64,000 bases of DNA. Origin: Perkinsus chesapeaki ATCC PRA-425 (taxonomy: Eukaryota; Protista; Perkinsozoa). The translations under genes and the position numbers were made by a program. Shown one piece after another: positions 43,811 through 55,533 of this stretch (within the stretch, counting starts at the first letter, position 1; each line of letters starts with the position of its first letter). Location of the stretch: positions 58,575 through 122,574 of the forward strand of contig JAAPAO010000032.1 of the NCBI GenBank assembly GCA_013115145.1, written 5' to 3'. The notes beneath the pieces are model-generated. The model saw nothing but the letters and a program-made list of their open reading frames with translations, had not been told where the DNA came from and ran no database searches.

Positions 43811-45138
43811 TCACATAGGCAAGACAGGCATGGGCCGAAGGGCAGCTAGAGTCCTCAAGGGTGGTGCTACTCTATTAGATGCAGTAATTATCCTATTAGC
43901 AGTCTTTGACGCCTCTGGTTCTCTAGTACGAACATATAAGCCTTTTATTGGATCACGATAGGCTCCCGGAGTGTTGAATGGAGGTGGTAAGGAATAGTCG
44001 GATGACAACGCACGGAAGTCCTCTGGGCCGGCTCGACGGCGATCGAAATGTTGATATTGTGTACCTGGTAATGACAGGACTAAAATTAGGATGTAAGAAA
44101 CAAATTACAATATGAAATGATCGAAGCAAGAATAATAAGTAACAACGATGAGTGGTAGGTCTCAGATTCACAATAAGTTTTTTCTGTCCTGTAAAAAGCA
44201 AGCCAGGGAGTCCAATGGAAGTTGTAATGGCTTCGCCCACGGTGAGTTTATGCTGCTAACAATTCTGTTAACCTAACATACTCCTTGCTTACCTCTATGT
44301 TGACCTCCTGTTATAATATCTCCTATCCGAGGGACTATAGTCTCTCGTATACCACAACTAGTAACCCTCCTCGATGAGCCCGCAAAATGGCTCTTCTTGT
44401 GTGGGTGCCGACCTGAGTCATGTGCGATCGAAAGGGCGAGTTTAAACTTTACATTTTAACGCTGTTGCGTTGTCCAGCATGGCTTGGCTTTGATAACGTT
44501 CCTCTAGAGTGAGGTCAGAGCAACCACCGAGGTGGACTTGGACTGGAGGTTGAGGGCATCGACCAGGCGGAGGAACGAAGTTGTCCCTAATGAGAAGAAT
44601 ACGAATATACAACAGTTACAACTAAAGACTCTTCAAATAGCATCGACGACGAAGTAATTGGTGTCGTGCTGCTAGTAGTCCCAGCCTGGTAAGACGAGCA
44701 AGCCGAGACACACGCCCAAAATCAACGATAGGGGAAAGAGCTACGAACAATTTCTAGTACCAATCTGTTCGAATAACCTCAGTAAGTGTCTGTTACCGAT
44801 AACGGCCCTTCATTTCGCTCTCATATGTCATCTTTGCTTTACCGTCTGAAGTTATATTAACTTTGGATGCATTCTTATAAGGCGGGGTTGGTCTAATGTA
44901 GGTTATCTGATAGCATCAACCTTCCATCTACCAACACTGCCAGTCCCACCTTAGGGTCTGTATGAACATGCCGAGTTGATGAGGTCCAATTAGCTGAAGT
45001 AAACTCCTCCGCGTCTTCCTCTGTCGACATCGTAAAGTGTGTTGAGCCTACACCAAGATCCTTCGTTGCCTCAAGTTGTCTCGGATCATTACGTTGTGCT
45101 CTGGCGAGAATTTCTCTGCATTCCGCGGCTGTTGCCAT
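43811..45138 (-). CDS. Multi-exon hypothetical protein
   Basis: Exons MATAAECREILARAQRNDP...DPK|NASKVNITSDGKAKMTYESEMKGRY and ...PPPFNTPGAYRDPIKGLYVRTREPE.... Structure only partly resolved. Confidence 0.4.
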
Positions 45139-45387
45139 TATAAGGAAGGTTTAAACCACACTAGTTTCAGAATGAAAATGCTCTACCGAAAACCGCATGT
45201 GTCATTATCATAATTCTTGAGTGCGTTGAGCATTTTTGTGATTGAATGTAGTGGCGAATATTCCACGATGAACCGATCCTCTTTGAATGGATCAATCCAA
45301 GTGTTGCTGGTTGTTGGATGTTATTCCAATACATATATTGTGCAACTCAATCCATTAGAAGGATAATGGTAAAATAAAGCAACCGCC

Positions 45388-47133
45388 TCAAAGGGCAGGT
45401 AAAACACTGAGCAGCCTATCTCCCTCTCTTTTCCCAAACGTGTGTTCCATTCGCGGATCTCCCAATTTATTCATTCCTCTCAAGAATTCCTCAGCTATGG
45501 CTTTTTCCAGTGAATAATCAATTGGCCTGTAGACTGACAACCTCGGCTCAACAACGGGCTTTTTCGCCTCAACTCGTTCCGTTGCGCAGTGAAGGCCCTC
45601 TCGTAGCCTGTAACACCGGTGATTTCGGTCTTTTCGCTTTGGTCGCATCATAGGGGCCCTCAGCGGCCAGCCCGATGCCTTCTTTGGTTGAGTTCTCTGT
45701 TGCTTTAGACACTCTTCGTATAGCCCTTGTGCGTGGATTATGTTATACCACGGCGGCTCAATACTTCTCCTTGGACCACTGGTGGAAACTACGAAATGTG
45801 ACCTAGGCCGACGTGATGGTGGAGCTTCATTTTTGTACGGGTAATCATCCGGAAGTTTCGCGGTTACAACAACACTTTCTTTGCACTCTGTCATTTGTGT
45901 TCTCGCCTCAGCAGTTTCACTCTCCGATGAGCTCGATGATGAGCTCGATCCCTCGGGTGGTAACACAGAGTTGAGCGACCAAACGCTCGACCCGGCATCG
46001 GAGTCTATATCTACCCACATACTATCATCATTATCATCATCTGGGTCAGGTTCTCTGGTCTCCTCAGTTGCCGACAACTGATTTCCCTTTCTTTTCGATC
46101 TGCCTAACACTTCATCCGTGAGAGCCCTTCTAATAGCTTGGTCGGTTGATAGTGGACCATCCAAGGCAAACGAGTTACTGTGTGATATAGGTTGATCTGC
46201 TTCCTCAACTGGTGGTGGTTCGATTATTATATTTAGACTATCTTCAGCTCGCATGATTATATCATTCTCTATTCTAAGCTTCTTCAGCTTATCCTTTAAC
46301 TCCCCGTGAAGTTCTCTCCTTTCAGCCTCCCAAAAGGCTCGTTTTTTCACTTCGACCGCTACTTGCCGTTTTTTCTTAGTTTTTTTATTTTTCACTGTTC
46401 GTGCGTTACTTTGCAGCTCCATCAGTCGTCTCAACAACTCGGCCATGGTTGATATTTCCTCCGAGTCCCCAAGTGCAATTAGACTTTGTCGTGTTTCCGT
46501 ATCAACTCCTCGAATAAATTGTCCGACTGCCTCCGATTCCGGTAAAAACAATTCGTCTGCGATTTCCAATAATTCATTCGCGTAGTGTTTATGAGACTCT
46601 CCCGGTAGTATAAACCGTTCATACAGGGCTTCCTCGGATAACATACTTTCAATGCATTTATCTGTCATTGCAAACTCTTTCTGTCCGCTTCGCCGCGTCG
46701 ATGCATGCAGTTCGTTAAATTTAGTAACCATTAGCTTCCGTGTTTTATCGTAATCATATGTTCTAATTCCAATGTCGATTGTTAACCAGATGTCCAACTG
46801 AAAGGAAAGACGCTCGATAGGCGACTGAAGGCGTTATTTGCCTTGGTCATATATCAAGCATTGTGATCACCTCGAGTGGCGTCATAAAAAGGGGTATTTC
46901 TCGACACTTGGCAGCTTGACGCTCTTTCCTTGGCACAGTTTGCGTGATATGCTGGCAGGTCTGGAGGGGACAACGGTTTCATTTCATCACACAATTGTTA
47001 ATGTTCATACCTCACTTTTGTCAAATTCTTCGAAAAGTGTTTCGGGGGATCTTTGCTCTTTTCCTGTTGCGAGTGTGAGCTTTGCCGAGGATATTAAGCC
47101 TGTAATATATGATCGTTGTGAGCGTGATGACAT
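45388..47133 (-). CDS. Spliced gene (about 540 aa) with an N-terminal retrotransposon Gag/capsid-like region; no pol nearby
   Basis: Exons 47133-47011, 46960-46871 and 46797-45388 joined by two phase-0 GT-AG introns. Sequence LFEEFD...IPLFMTPLELDIWLTI...DYDKTRKLMVTKF...PGESHKHYANELLEIADEL...AVGQFIRGVDTETRQSL resembles the Ty3/gypsy-type capsid pattern. Recognised by eye only. Confidence 0.6.
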
Positions 47134-47466
47134 TTAACGAATACTGCATAAAGCCAGTAGTCGATGTCCTTTCAACGCTTATGTTTTAGCTAATTTCAAT
47201 ATTTTCGAATTTGACTAGCGCTCGCCCAAAATGTAGTCTCATCGCTCAGCGAGTTGTTTGCCAAATGATGATCTACGCCAATCTCTTGTCTGTTGAGTTG
47301 GAGTTGAGATATCATTATGGACTGAAATTAAACGTGTAAAAGTCAGTTGATGATATCGTAGTCTTTTAGTGTCTTCCCAGAGTCAAGTTGCTTGGGCACA
47401 GTGAAGGGCTCGGGCGGTCATTAAATCAACCTACATTGTATCTTGAAGTATTTTTTCGAGGTTAAA

Positions 47467-50400
47467 ATGTCGCCTCACGTAGAGACACAGTCACATAAGA
47501 CTATCCCAAGCAATACGACTGGGGTGGAACCTTTTGGGACTAGATTCTTAACACCTAACGATTTGAAGAACATTTCATTGTGGAAGAATGGTACGTTATA
47601 AAGCTTCAATGTTTTTACGGTTTTTCTATCAGATATCTATGATAAGTCCCTTTCTACTCGTATCATATCGCCAATAGGGGATTTGTAAGCATTCTAAAGG
47701 AATACCGTTGACGGAAAGATGGGCTATTATTCAAGCGCTAGTTATTATTGTAAATTCTAAAGATTGTAATTATTACGGATAACCTGGATTCAAACCATTA
47801 GAATACAGCACTACTTTTAAAACTTGATTTATATCCTAAACGGAGCTATACAGTAGCTCGTCACAGAATATGCCTTAGTATAGTAATAATTGAAGATCCT
47901 TTCCAATATGGGTAGAATTGATTTCTTCTTGTTGTTGCTTTCAGTCTAGCTAAATACATCCCATCAACCCTAGCACCTAATGTATTAACATTGGCATCAT
48001 TGGTATGTGCATTACAGGCATATTATTATACATTTATGTAAGCTAAACGGGGAAGAGGGTATGAATTAATACCACGTCAAAAGTTCTGTATAAAACTAAA
48101 AAATGCAAGCATTATTAACTTCATCATCAAGTGTTTGTTTTGATTTCTGGCAAAAGATAGTCAACGCTGCTGTAAGCTGTCTAATAGGGTAGATTTGAGG
48201 TCGGTTTTCCTTAGAATGAAATTTATGGACAAATACTCTTCAAAGGGTGATTTTAGGTTTTTCTGGTATATTTCTTCTTACAACTTGGATTTATCTATCA
48301 AGGTTGTTCAATGTTGTTTTGTTCAACTGTTTGATCGACTATCAGGTACCGTAAGACTCATCCATATTTTGCCTCTGCAACTGCTATCGTCATGTTCACA
48401 CTTTATCAGCTATTTGACTGTGTGGATGGTAAACATGCTAAAAATATCAGGTAAGTTAACCCTTGCATTTTATACTGTAAAATAGTAAAATCTGTAGGGA
48501 TATGTTCATTTCAGAAATGAATCACCATTGGGCTACCTATTCAATCAAGCATGCGATAATGTAGCTGTTATATTTATTATTATAACCATGGCTATGCTAA
48601 TGGGATTTGATCCAGATGTGGACTCAGATGCAAGGTGTATCTGGTATGCGGTAATACTAGTATAGGGGAGGTCTAGGGTGTGATTGGGCGGTTTCAGAGA
48701 TCTACTGCTACTTAATGTATATCCGACAGCTATTCCATTCTTTAAATTGCATTTATAGGATTTTAGGAATGTTTTTATCTAGTATCAACTTTTCAATGCT
48801 CAACTTTCTAGTGCTGTTCGGAATATATAGAGTAGGAAATAGATTATGAATATACGTTGAAGGTATTGAACATCATACAATAACGACTAGTGGGAGTTAC
48901 CTAATTTGTATAAAGTACTTTCAACAAGACGAATATTCTTTTTGGGATTGCAACATTCTGGTATCTTATCATCTGTTTCATCACGATAATTTGATAATTC
49001 GATGTTGTTCAGGTCCAAACAGGGCAGTTAGTCTTCCTCTGGTCTCAATTATCGGCATTTAAGAAAGGCTTTATAACTTATGGTCTGTTCACAGGACCAG
49101 GCGAAGCCTTATTTGTATTCCAAATGGCTATTGTTGTTAAAATGTTAACAGGATTTGATTATTTGTAATATAAAGGGAGAAAAATAAATACATTATAACC
49201 ATCCGCATGGCACTAGTAGGGGTGTATACAAATTACTGAGTAATACTATATTCAAGTTGGGACATGATTCAGAAATGGAGAATGTGTAAATTGTATATTC
49301 TTGAAATGCTTATTGATATATTAAGTATGATTGTCCTAATATGTATATTATGTTTCAGTTGGGGTCCTATAAGTAGAGTATTGGCCATGCTACCAGATGC
49401 TTTATCGGGTGACCCTGTTAGTCAAATACATAGTAATAATGGGTGACGAATAATGCATTACCTCGGACCCTTTAATTGCTAGTATATAACATTTTCGTTC
49501 TCTTGCGGAAGATCGGCGGTCCATCATCCTTCTTGTGTTTTCTTGTATAATTTCATTGCTATTTATATTCTGTACTAGTTCCTCGTTTGCGTATCTTTAT
49601 CCTTTATCTTTTGCCTTTCCCTCTTGGGTGGTATAAGTGCTGGTTGCTGCTACGTTTTGGTAGTGAACTTACCGTCAGTCTTGTCATTGTTAAATATTCA
49701 CGTCTTATTCATGACAGTATTATTATACATACGCGGTATTGTTATTATTAATTCCCTATCCTTTCAGCGGTTTACTATGCCTTTCTAATAGCTCTGATAA
49801 TCAGAGTTGCAGTAATAAAGGAGAATCCAGCTACAAGGAATATATTGCTATTTTGTTTACTGTATAGGACAGTACCAAGTAATAAGAGGGGAATACGGTA
49901 TGGCAGCAGCAGCATCAGCAGACTAATCACTTTTACGCAGGCATATAAGATAATCGCAATTATTCCAGTTGCTCCAACAATGCAACGAAGATGTATTATC
50001 TTAGTTGACCCATTCCTACTGCGTAACTTTAACATGTGAAAGTATCTTGAAGTCTAGAGTGCAACTCGGCCAGTTCTATGGTTAAATCGTTTTATGACTA
50101 TTTGCCACAATTTACTGTCGGAATTCGATCGGAAATGTAGGAGGCTTTCTGTAATACATAAGGATTTATAAATCTTAAGTCAAATTGACAGATGGAATAG
50201 ATGCATATGAGGTTGATATTGATGATATTGTTGTTGTTGTCATATCAGGCCTTTTATTCGTACTGGGAATAACAAACTCAACCTCATTAGAATCTATTAT
50301 TTGTGATGGACTCTTTATGAGTATTGTTACAACTGATTTGGGTAATAAGTAAATATGTTATTATTATGATACATTATAACCTTAGTTGTTGCAAGAATGG

Positions 50401-51900
50401 CTCATAGAGATGTTCATGGATGGTTGGTGTTTATGGCTATGGTATCACTGTTGGATAAGCTAGCTATTATAGGTAATAATCAGGGTACTCATTATATAGT
50501 AATAATAAGTTCAATATGAGGGCGCATGGAATGTTAGATGCATAATAGACAATTAGCTCATGCCCTCATTTGACGCCCCATGTAACATATCGTCTGGTAA
50601 GTAGTAGGGCTCATCATGTTAGTATATAGTCCGAAGTTATCGTAATAAACCTATACATTTGCATACCTTACTTTTCCCCATATGGTTTCTGTATAATATT
50701 CTGATATAGGACGTATCGGGAAATGGATATATTATAGATTGTATTTGTCCTAATACATTCCTTCGTTTTCTCTTTCAGCTTGCGCAGTATTCTATTATTG
50801 CTCTATCTTCTATGATATTTGCTCTTATATGAACCTACCAATGTTCACACCTGTCAAGAACGTTTACATTGATGGAGTATTTGACTTGTGCCATTTGGGT
50901 AAGTGGATACGGAAGTAGTACGCAACTCGGTGGAAGATGAATGTGATCATGATCAGGTCATAAGAATCATATTGCACGAGCTCTTAATTACGGTAATAGA
51001 TTGTTTGTTGGTGTTATGAGCGATGAGGATGTTAGAAAGTAATAATAATGCGATGCTACCTTATCATTGGACGGCAAATAACGGGAATTATAGTGAAGGA
51101 TAATTTACTGAGATTTACTGTGAGTCTTATCAGTGGAAAATATTTTTATAAATTTAGTGTATGTAATGTCGATAACTTGTAAGCTTCTTGGGTAGCATAT
51201 CTATATTACCAGGTATAAGCGGGATCCTATTATGACTTTGGAGGAAAGAGTTGCTGAGGTGCAGTCTTTGAGGTAAAGCTGATTAACAACTATCTAATTA
51301 ATTGTTGTTCATCCTTGTTATATTTTATATTGTATATGCTTAATGAATTTGTAAAATATACGTGATATAGTAGAATGTATAATGTGAATACATATAAAAT
51401 ATTATTAGTATTTTGGCCATTATTTAACATTCAAGTGTTCCCAGTTTAATATTAGATAATGAATAACCATGACCCATGATAACCAATACTAACATTACTT
51501 CATTGCCTATATATAATAGTATACCGTAAAATGTCATATATAATGTTAATATTGTTGTTAAAGGGTTTGTATACTGTCCGTTGTTTTATTATTATTATCA
51601 TTCAGGTGTGTCTATAAGGTTATACCAAACGCCCCATGTTTTGGATTGGATAAGGAATTCATAGAGAAGTGGAACATTCATGTTGTATTAGCAAGTCCTG
51701 AATATGACAAGCCAGATGATAACTATTACAGGGTAGTAGGACCGGAAATTAAGGAAATGCAAGTGGGGGCAAGATGAGCAAGATTTTGGTTATGTTAGGT
51801 TCCACGGGAAATGGGTATCTTGCAGATTATGCCACGAACGGAAGGTGTATCGACTTCTGATATTATTAGAAGAATCAAAAATCGCACGGATTTGGACTGA
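47467..51900 (+). CDS. Fusion of a CEPT-type CDP-alcohol phosphotransferase (N) and a choline/ethanolamine-phosphate-type cytidylyltransferase (C)
   Basis: LAPNVLTL; FDCVDGKHAKNIR|NESPLGYLFNQACD; GLFTGPGEA; then in frame ...MNLPMFTPVKNVYIDGVFDLCHLG|HKNH; VGVMSDEDV; YKRDPIMTLEER; PRTEGVSTSDIIRRI. Confidence 0.88.
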
Positions 51901-51934
51901 AGAATTGTTCGTACAGTGAAATTGTGAAATGGGT

Positions 51935-51954
51935 AATCGATCACGTGATCGATT
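51935..51954. other. Perfect 20-bp palindrome AATCGATCACGTGATCGATT
   Basis: Self-complementary, centred on CACGTG, about 35 nt after the stop codon of the phosphotransferase fusion gene. Confidence 0.9.
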
Positions 51955-52336
51955 GCAGGTATTGTTACTTACAATGACATCTGTAATCTCTATTTGCTTG
52001 TTTAATGTGTTGAGTTAGTGCGTTTAATTTCAAAGTCATTAAACGACTTTCATTTTCAGTCAAGCGGCCGGTCCGCATCATCTGGCATAATCAGTGTCCA
52101 GTTTAATATAAGTTCATAGTTCTGTGGTATTAGTCTTACTAACCTAACTTGCTCGAAGGGCTCCTTTTTGCCTATGTAGCTAAGAGTGATGTTCATATAG
52201 GCTAACATTACCAACATGAGCTTTATATTAGATGGCTAATAGTCAATTAATATAGTCGCTTATACCAATAGTTGAGAAGTATTAAATACTTACCCATGCT
52301 ACTAAGTCACTCAGTGGAGAGCTGCTGTTATTGTTG

Positions 52337-55300
52337 ATGATGCCCACCACTACTGGAGCGGCGGCCAATGCTACCTTACCTGCTGCTGTTGCGGATGATA
52401 TAGTTGACTACGGCAAATCAGTGATAGTGAGGTAATTGAAAATGTGAGGTGTGGGAATCGAACCAGAGTCGGTTGGTGTGTAGGGTATCAGACGGCAGTG
52501 CTAAGGTGGTCCGATTGCCTAAAGCAACTCGAGCAGCTGATATTGGTAATGATGGAGAGCATAGTCCAAAAGGGAAGAAACCTAGACCGAAACGGCAGGA
52601 CAATGTTAAGATAGGGAAGACTGTTGTGCCAAGTAATAAAAGGCGGAGGATCGATTCCCGGTCTAGACATTTCATTTTATTAATGCTTACGTAAGAAGTT
52701 GATATCAGTAATAGACGTATGGGCCATACGGTAATGCACTTGGTATTTAACGAAACGAAATTATATTTAATTTGCTTCAGTATTGATAGTGTCCTATGAA
52801 CAGTTACCGCGCTTGTTGGTCGACGTTACGGGTCGACGATACATTATAATGAAGGTGATGGATGGGTGCGAAGTCAATGCAGTAAGGTGAGTAGGGGTAT
52901 TGGCTCAGTTGGATAGTGTTCTGGTTTAGCAATTCAGAGGTATCTGGTTCGATCCCATGTTACGTATTTAGGTATCTACTTCAGAGGATGCAGAGATCGA
53001 TACAACCGTTAATAACCAGTAATAACCCTTTGAGGGCGGCAAGGGCTTATTGGGTTCTTTAAGCCTTCATCATACTCGAAGCTGTTCCAAAGGCGAATTA
53101 TCGGTTACACTTTACAGTAGGGTGTAGGAAAAGGAAGAAGTCAATTTTATGACATTTAAGAACGGCAACGCTCGACTGCACTATTAACTCCAAACGTGCC
53201 TTGAATTGGACTGAGCTTCACCATGTCAACGATGTACGGGTTTTCGTCGAATCCGGTGACAATCGAACATTGTTCCCTCTTAGCCGGGTTGTTCGATGGT
53301 TAGGTTCCTGGAGCAGAAGTCGGAGGACAACCAACCCGACATGGCATCCTCCTCAGCAACTGATGCAGCATTGAAGAGTAAAACCTTTGAAATGAAAACA
53401 CAGTGAGGAGGCTTATCGACAGTTTTATCGACTTTCTATCAGATTCTCACAGGAGAAGTATCTGCGTAAGAAGCAAAAGAAGTATCTGAGAGAAGTGGCA
53501 CTTCTACCATTGAACATCTATAACTACTGTCATTACGCCCCTGGTGCTGCCAATGGCCCTAGGTAGGAGCATGCATATTTTAATACCATATTTCCGTCAA
53601 ATCAGGTTCGATTTAGTAGGGTCAATTCTGCGGCATACATCTCAATGTCAATCTTTGGTTGTTTGGGATGATAGTTGTGGTGGGTTGGTGACCGCAGCTG
53701 CACTTGATAGAGGGCAACATGTGGAAAGATTAGCTAGAGGCAGAGGTAAGGGTTATTATCTAATTGGGTACATTACAGTGTGTCCCGAATAGTACGAGTA
53801 CAGCGTGCCTCCAATAATGTGGTCTCAATCGTGGATAATTCGGTCAATGAAACGAGCCATCACCGAGGGATCTAAAGCTAGAGAGAGGTTAATCTTTGAC
53901 GTTCAGATATCTCATCGTTATGAACAATAGTATCCTAACTTGTAGTGTAGAAGAAGGATGAGATTAATGATGTGAATGGCATTATTTGTGTTAAGGTACA
54001 ACACCCGATGCAGCGATCACTGAGTTGGGAATCCCCAGTGAAGTTGTTGGATCATTATTATCAAAAACACAGTTAGTAGACGAAGAGGAGGAAGAGAGTA
54101 AACAAGATGATTATGTGGGGGATGATGGTCTAAGGCATTATCATAAACGAGCTAGGAAGAGATCGGTAGGTCGTGGGTTCGAATCCTGGCAGAGGTAAAT
54201 GCATTATTATTATTATTATTGACGTTACTGCGGTACACTGAGGTTGATATGTGCTTTTTATCCATCTAGCTTGCTCAGTAAAGTCCAATAGGCTTAGGAA
54301 TAACTCAACAGCAGCCTTCAATTCTCCAGCTTCGCCGGGAGAGCATCATCTTGACCCTATTCGAATGCACACAATGGATCGGTCTGTCTATCGATGCGCT
54401 TTCCCCGGCCAGGCTTTATGCACAATTGTCACGCGCTCTGGTTGTTACGTAATAAATCGCATGTGGATGTAAGCCTTTCTTCATATTATCATTTATTGGC
54501 GAATATCGATCATTATCATACGCTCATAAGGTCATGATAGCCTTATCAGGTTGTTGGCAATCCAGTTATCAGTCCAGATGGAGGAGTGGTGGTTTGGATG
54601 GATCTGGCCATTTCTGGTGGAACTAAGGAATTCTCCGAAGTCACATCGGCTGTTATGGAGCGTAGGTTCTTCCATCCGAAAGGTCGTGGGTTCGATCCCG
54701 GTATTGTCAGAAATAACACCATACTGCGGCACGTTGGTGGTGTTGGTTCGGCATATGGATTTGGTACAGAGACTTCAACGTGAACTGATTAAATCTGAGG
54801 AATGGATTAATGTATCCCTTACAGAGCCGATAGTTCGAGAACATCAAGTTCTACCGAATAGAACCCATCCGGTAGGAAGTGAGGTGGTCTGCCTCCCAAG
54901 TTCAAAGGAGATGTTCAAAAACTCATCGGACTTTGGTTTTTAGAGGATTGCTGGATTCAATCATTGCCGCGCTGTTGAATTGATACTCGATTATTATTTG
55001 TATTCCTTTGACATTGTCGTTGTTGCATTCACTCCATCATTAGTTTTTAGGGAATAGTTAACTTACTCAGTAAACTATATTGAAGACGTTGTGATGATAG
55101 TGAAACTTTACAGATTTAGGCCAACCTTTGGTTTAGTGTATCCATCTGTTTAATGGTATATTACGAAGGCATGCATTCTCACATCAGCTTCACATCAGAA
55201 AATCTTTTTATAATGCAGAGTAGGGTTAATAGGGTCCTCTCCTACGTTTGTCATGACGAAGCATTTTGCAGATAATGCAATCTGCCACCAACTCAGCCCA

Positions 55301-55430
55301 AGGATTCCTACTAACAGCAACCAAGGTTGTGGCCCCCTCTAAACAGAGTGATAGTATAGTGGAGGATACTCCAGCAGATAAGCGACCAAAAGTTGATGAT
55401 GATGATGCTGGTGCATCTGCCAACGTTTGA
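52337..55430 (+). CDS. TRM6: tRNA (adenine-58-N1) methyltransferase non-catalytic subunit TRM6/GCD10, multi-exon
   Basis: VKIGK; LVGRRYGST; SKTFEMKTQ|FSQEKYLRKKQKKY; LVVWDDSCGGLVTAA; REHQVLPNRTHP|IMQSATNSAQGFLLTATKV. Confidence 0.9.
52432..52483 (-). other. TRM6 intron 1 (52 nt) with an antisense tRNA 3'-half-like motif and TTTT
   Basis: Antisense reading GACTCTGGTTCGATTCCCACACCTCACA-TTTT. Confidence 0.6.
52894..52966 (+). pseudogene. Degenerate full-length tRNA-Ala(AGC)-like sequence filling an 85-nt TRM6 intron (52887-52971)
   Basis: GGGGTAT TG GCTC AGTTGGATA GTGT T CTGGT TTAGCAA TTCAG AGGTA TCTGG TTCGATC CCATG TTACGTA: canonical arm spacing, A and B boxes and an AGC anticodon loop, but mismatched acceptor and D stems. 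Confidence 0.7.
54166..54196 (+). other. tRNA T-arm motif between two candidate 5' splice sites in TRM6
   Basis: GTAGGTCGTGGGTTCGAATCCTGGCAGAG-GTAAAT, with GT at 54166 and 54195. It could be intronic or exonic (VGRGFESWQR). Confidence 0.55.
54662..54710 (+). other. TRM6 49-nt intron with a sense tRNA 3'-part-like motif
   Basis: GTAGGTTCTTCCATCCGAAAGGTCGTGGGTTCGATCCCGGTATTGTCAG. Removing it joins ...SAVME-Q-ITPYCGTLVV in the TRM6 frame. Confidence 0.65.
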
Positions 55431-55533
55431 TGTTGTTCAGCAGTTTAACGTAAAGTTTCTCAATACACTGGTAATTTTCGTTTCGGTATGTTTTGTATTT
55501 TTCTAAGGTAATTTTTCTGTTTATTTTTTGGCA

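Noticed and set aside
55226-55423. Minus-strand ORF MADAPASSSS...
   Set aside because: It is the antisense shadow of the last TRM6 exon (IMQSATNSAQGFLLTATKV...).
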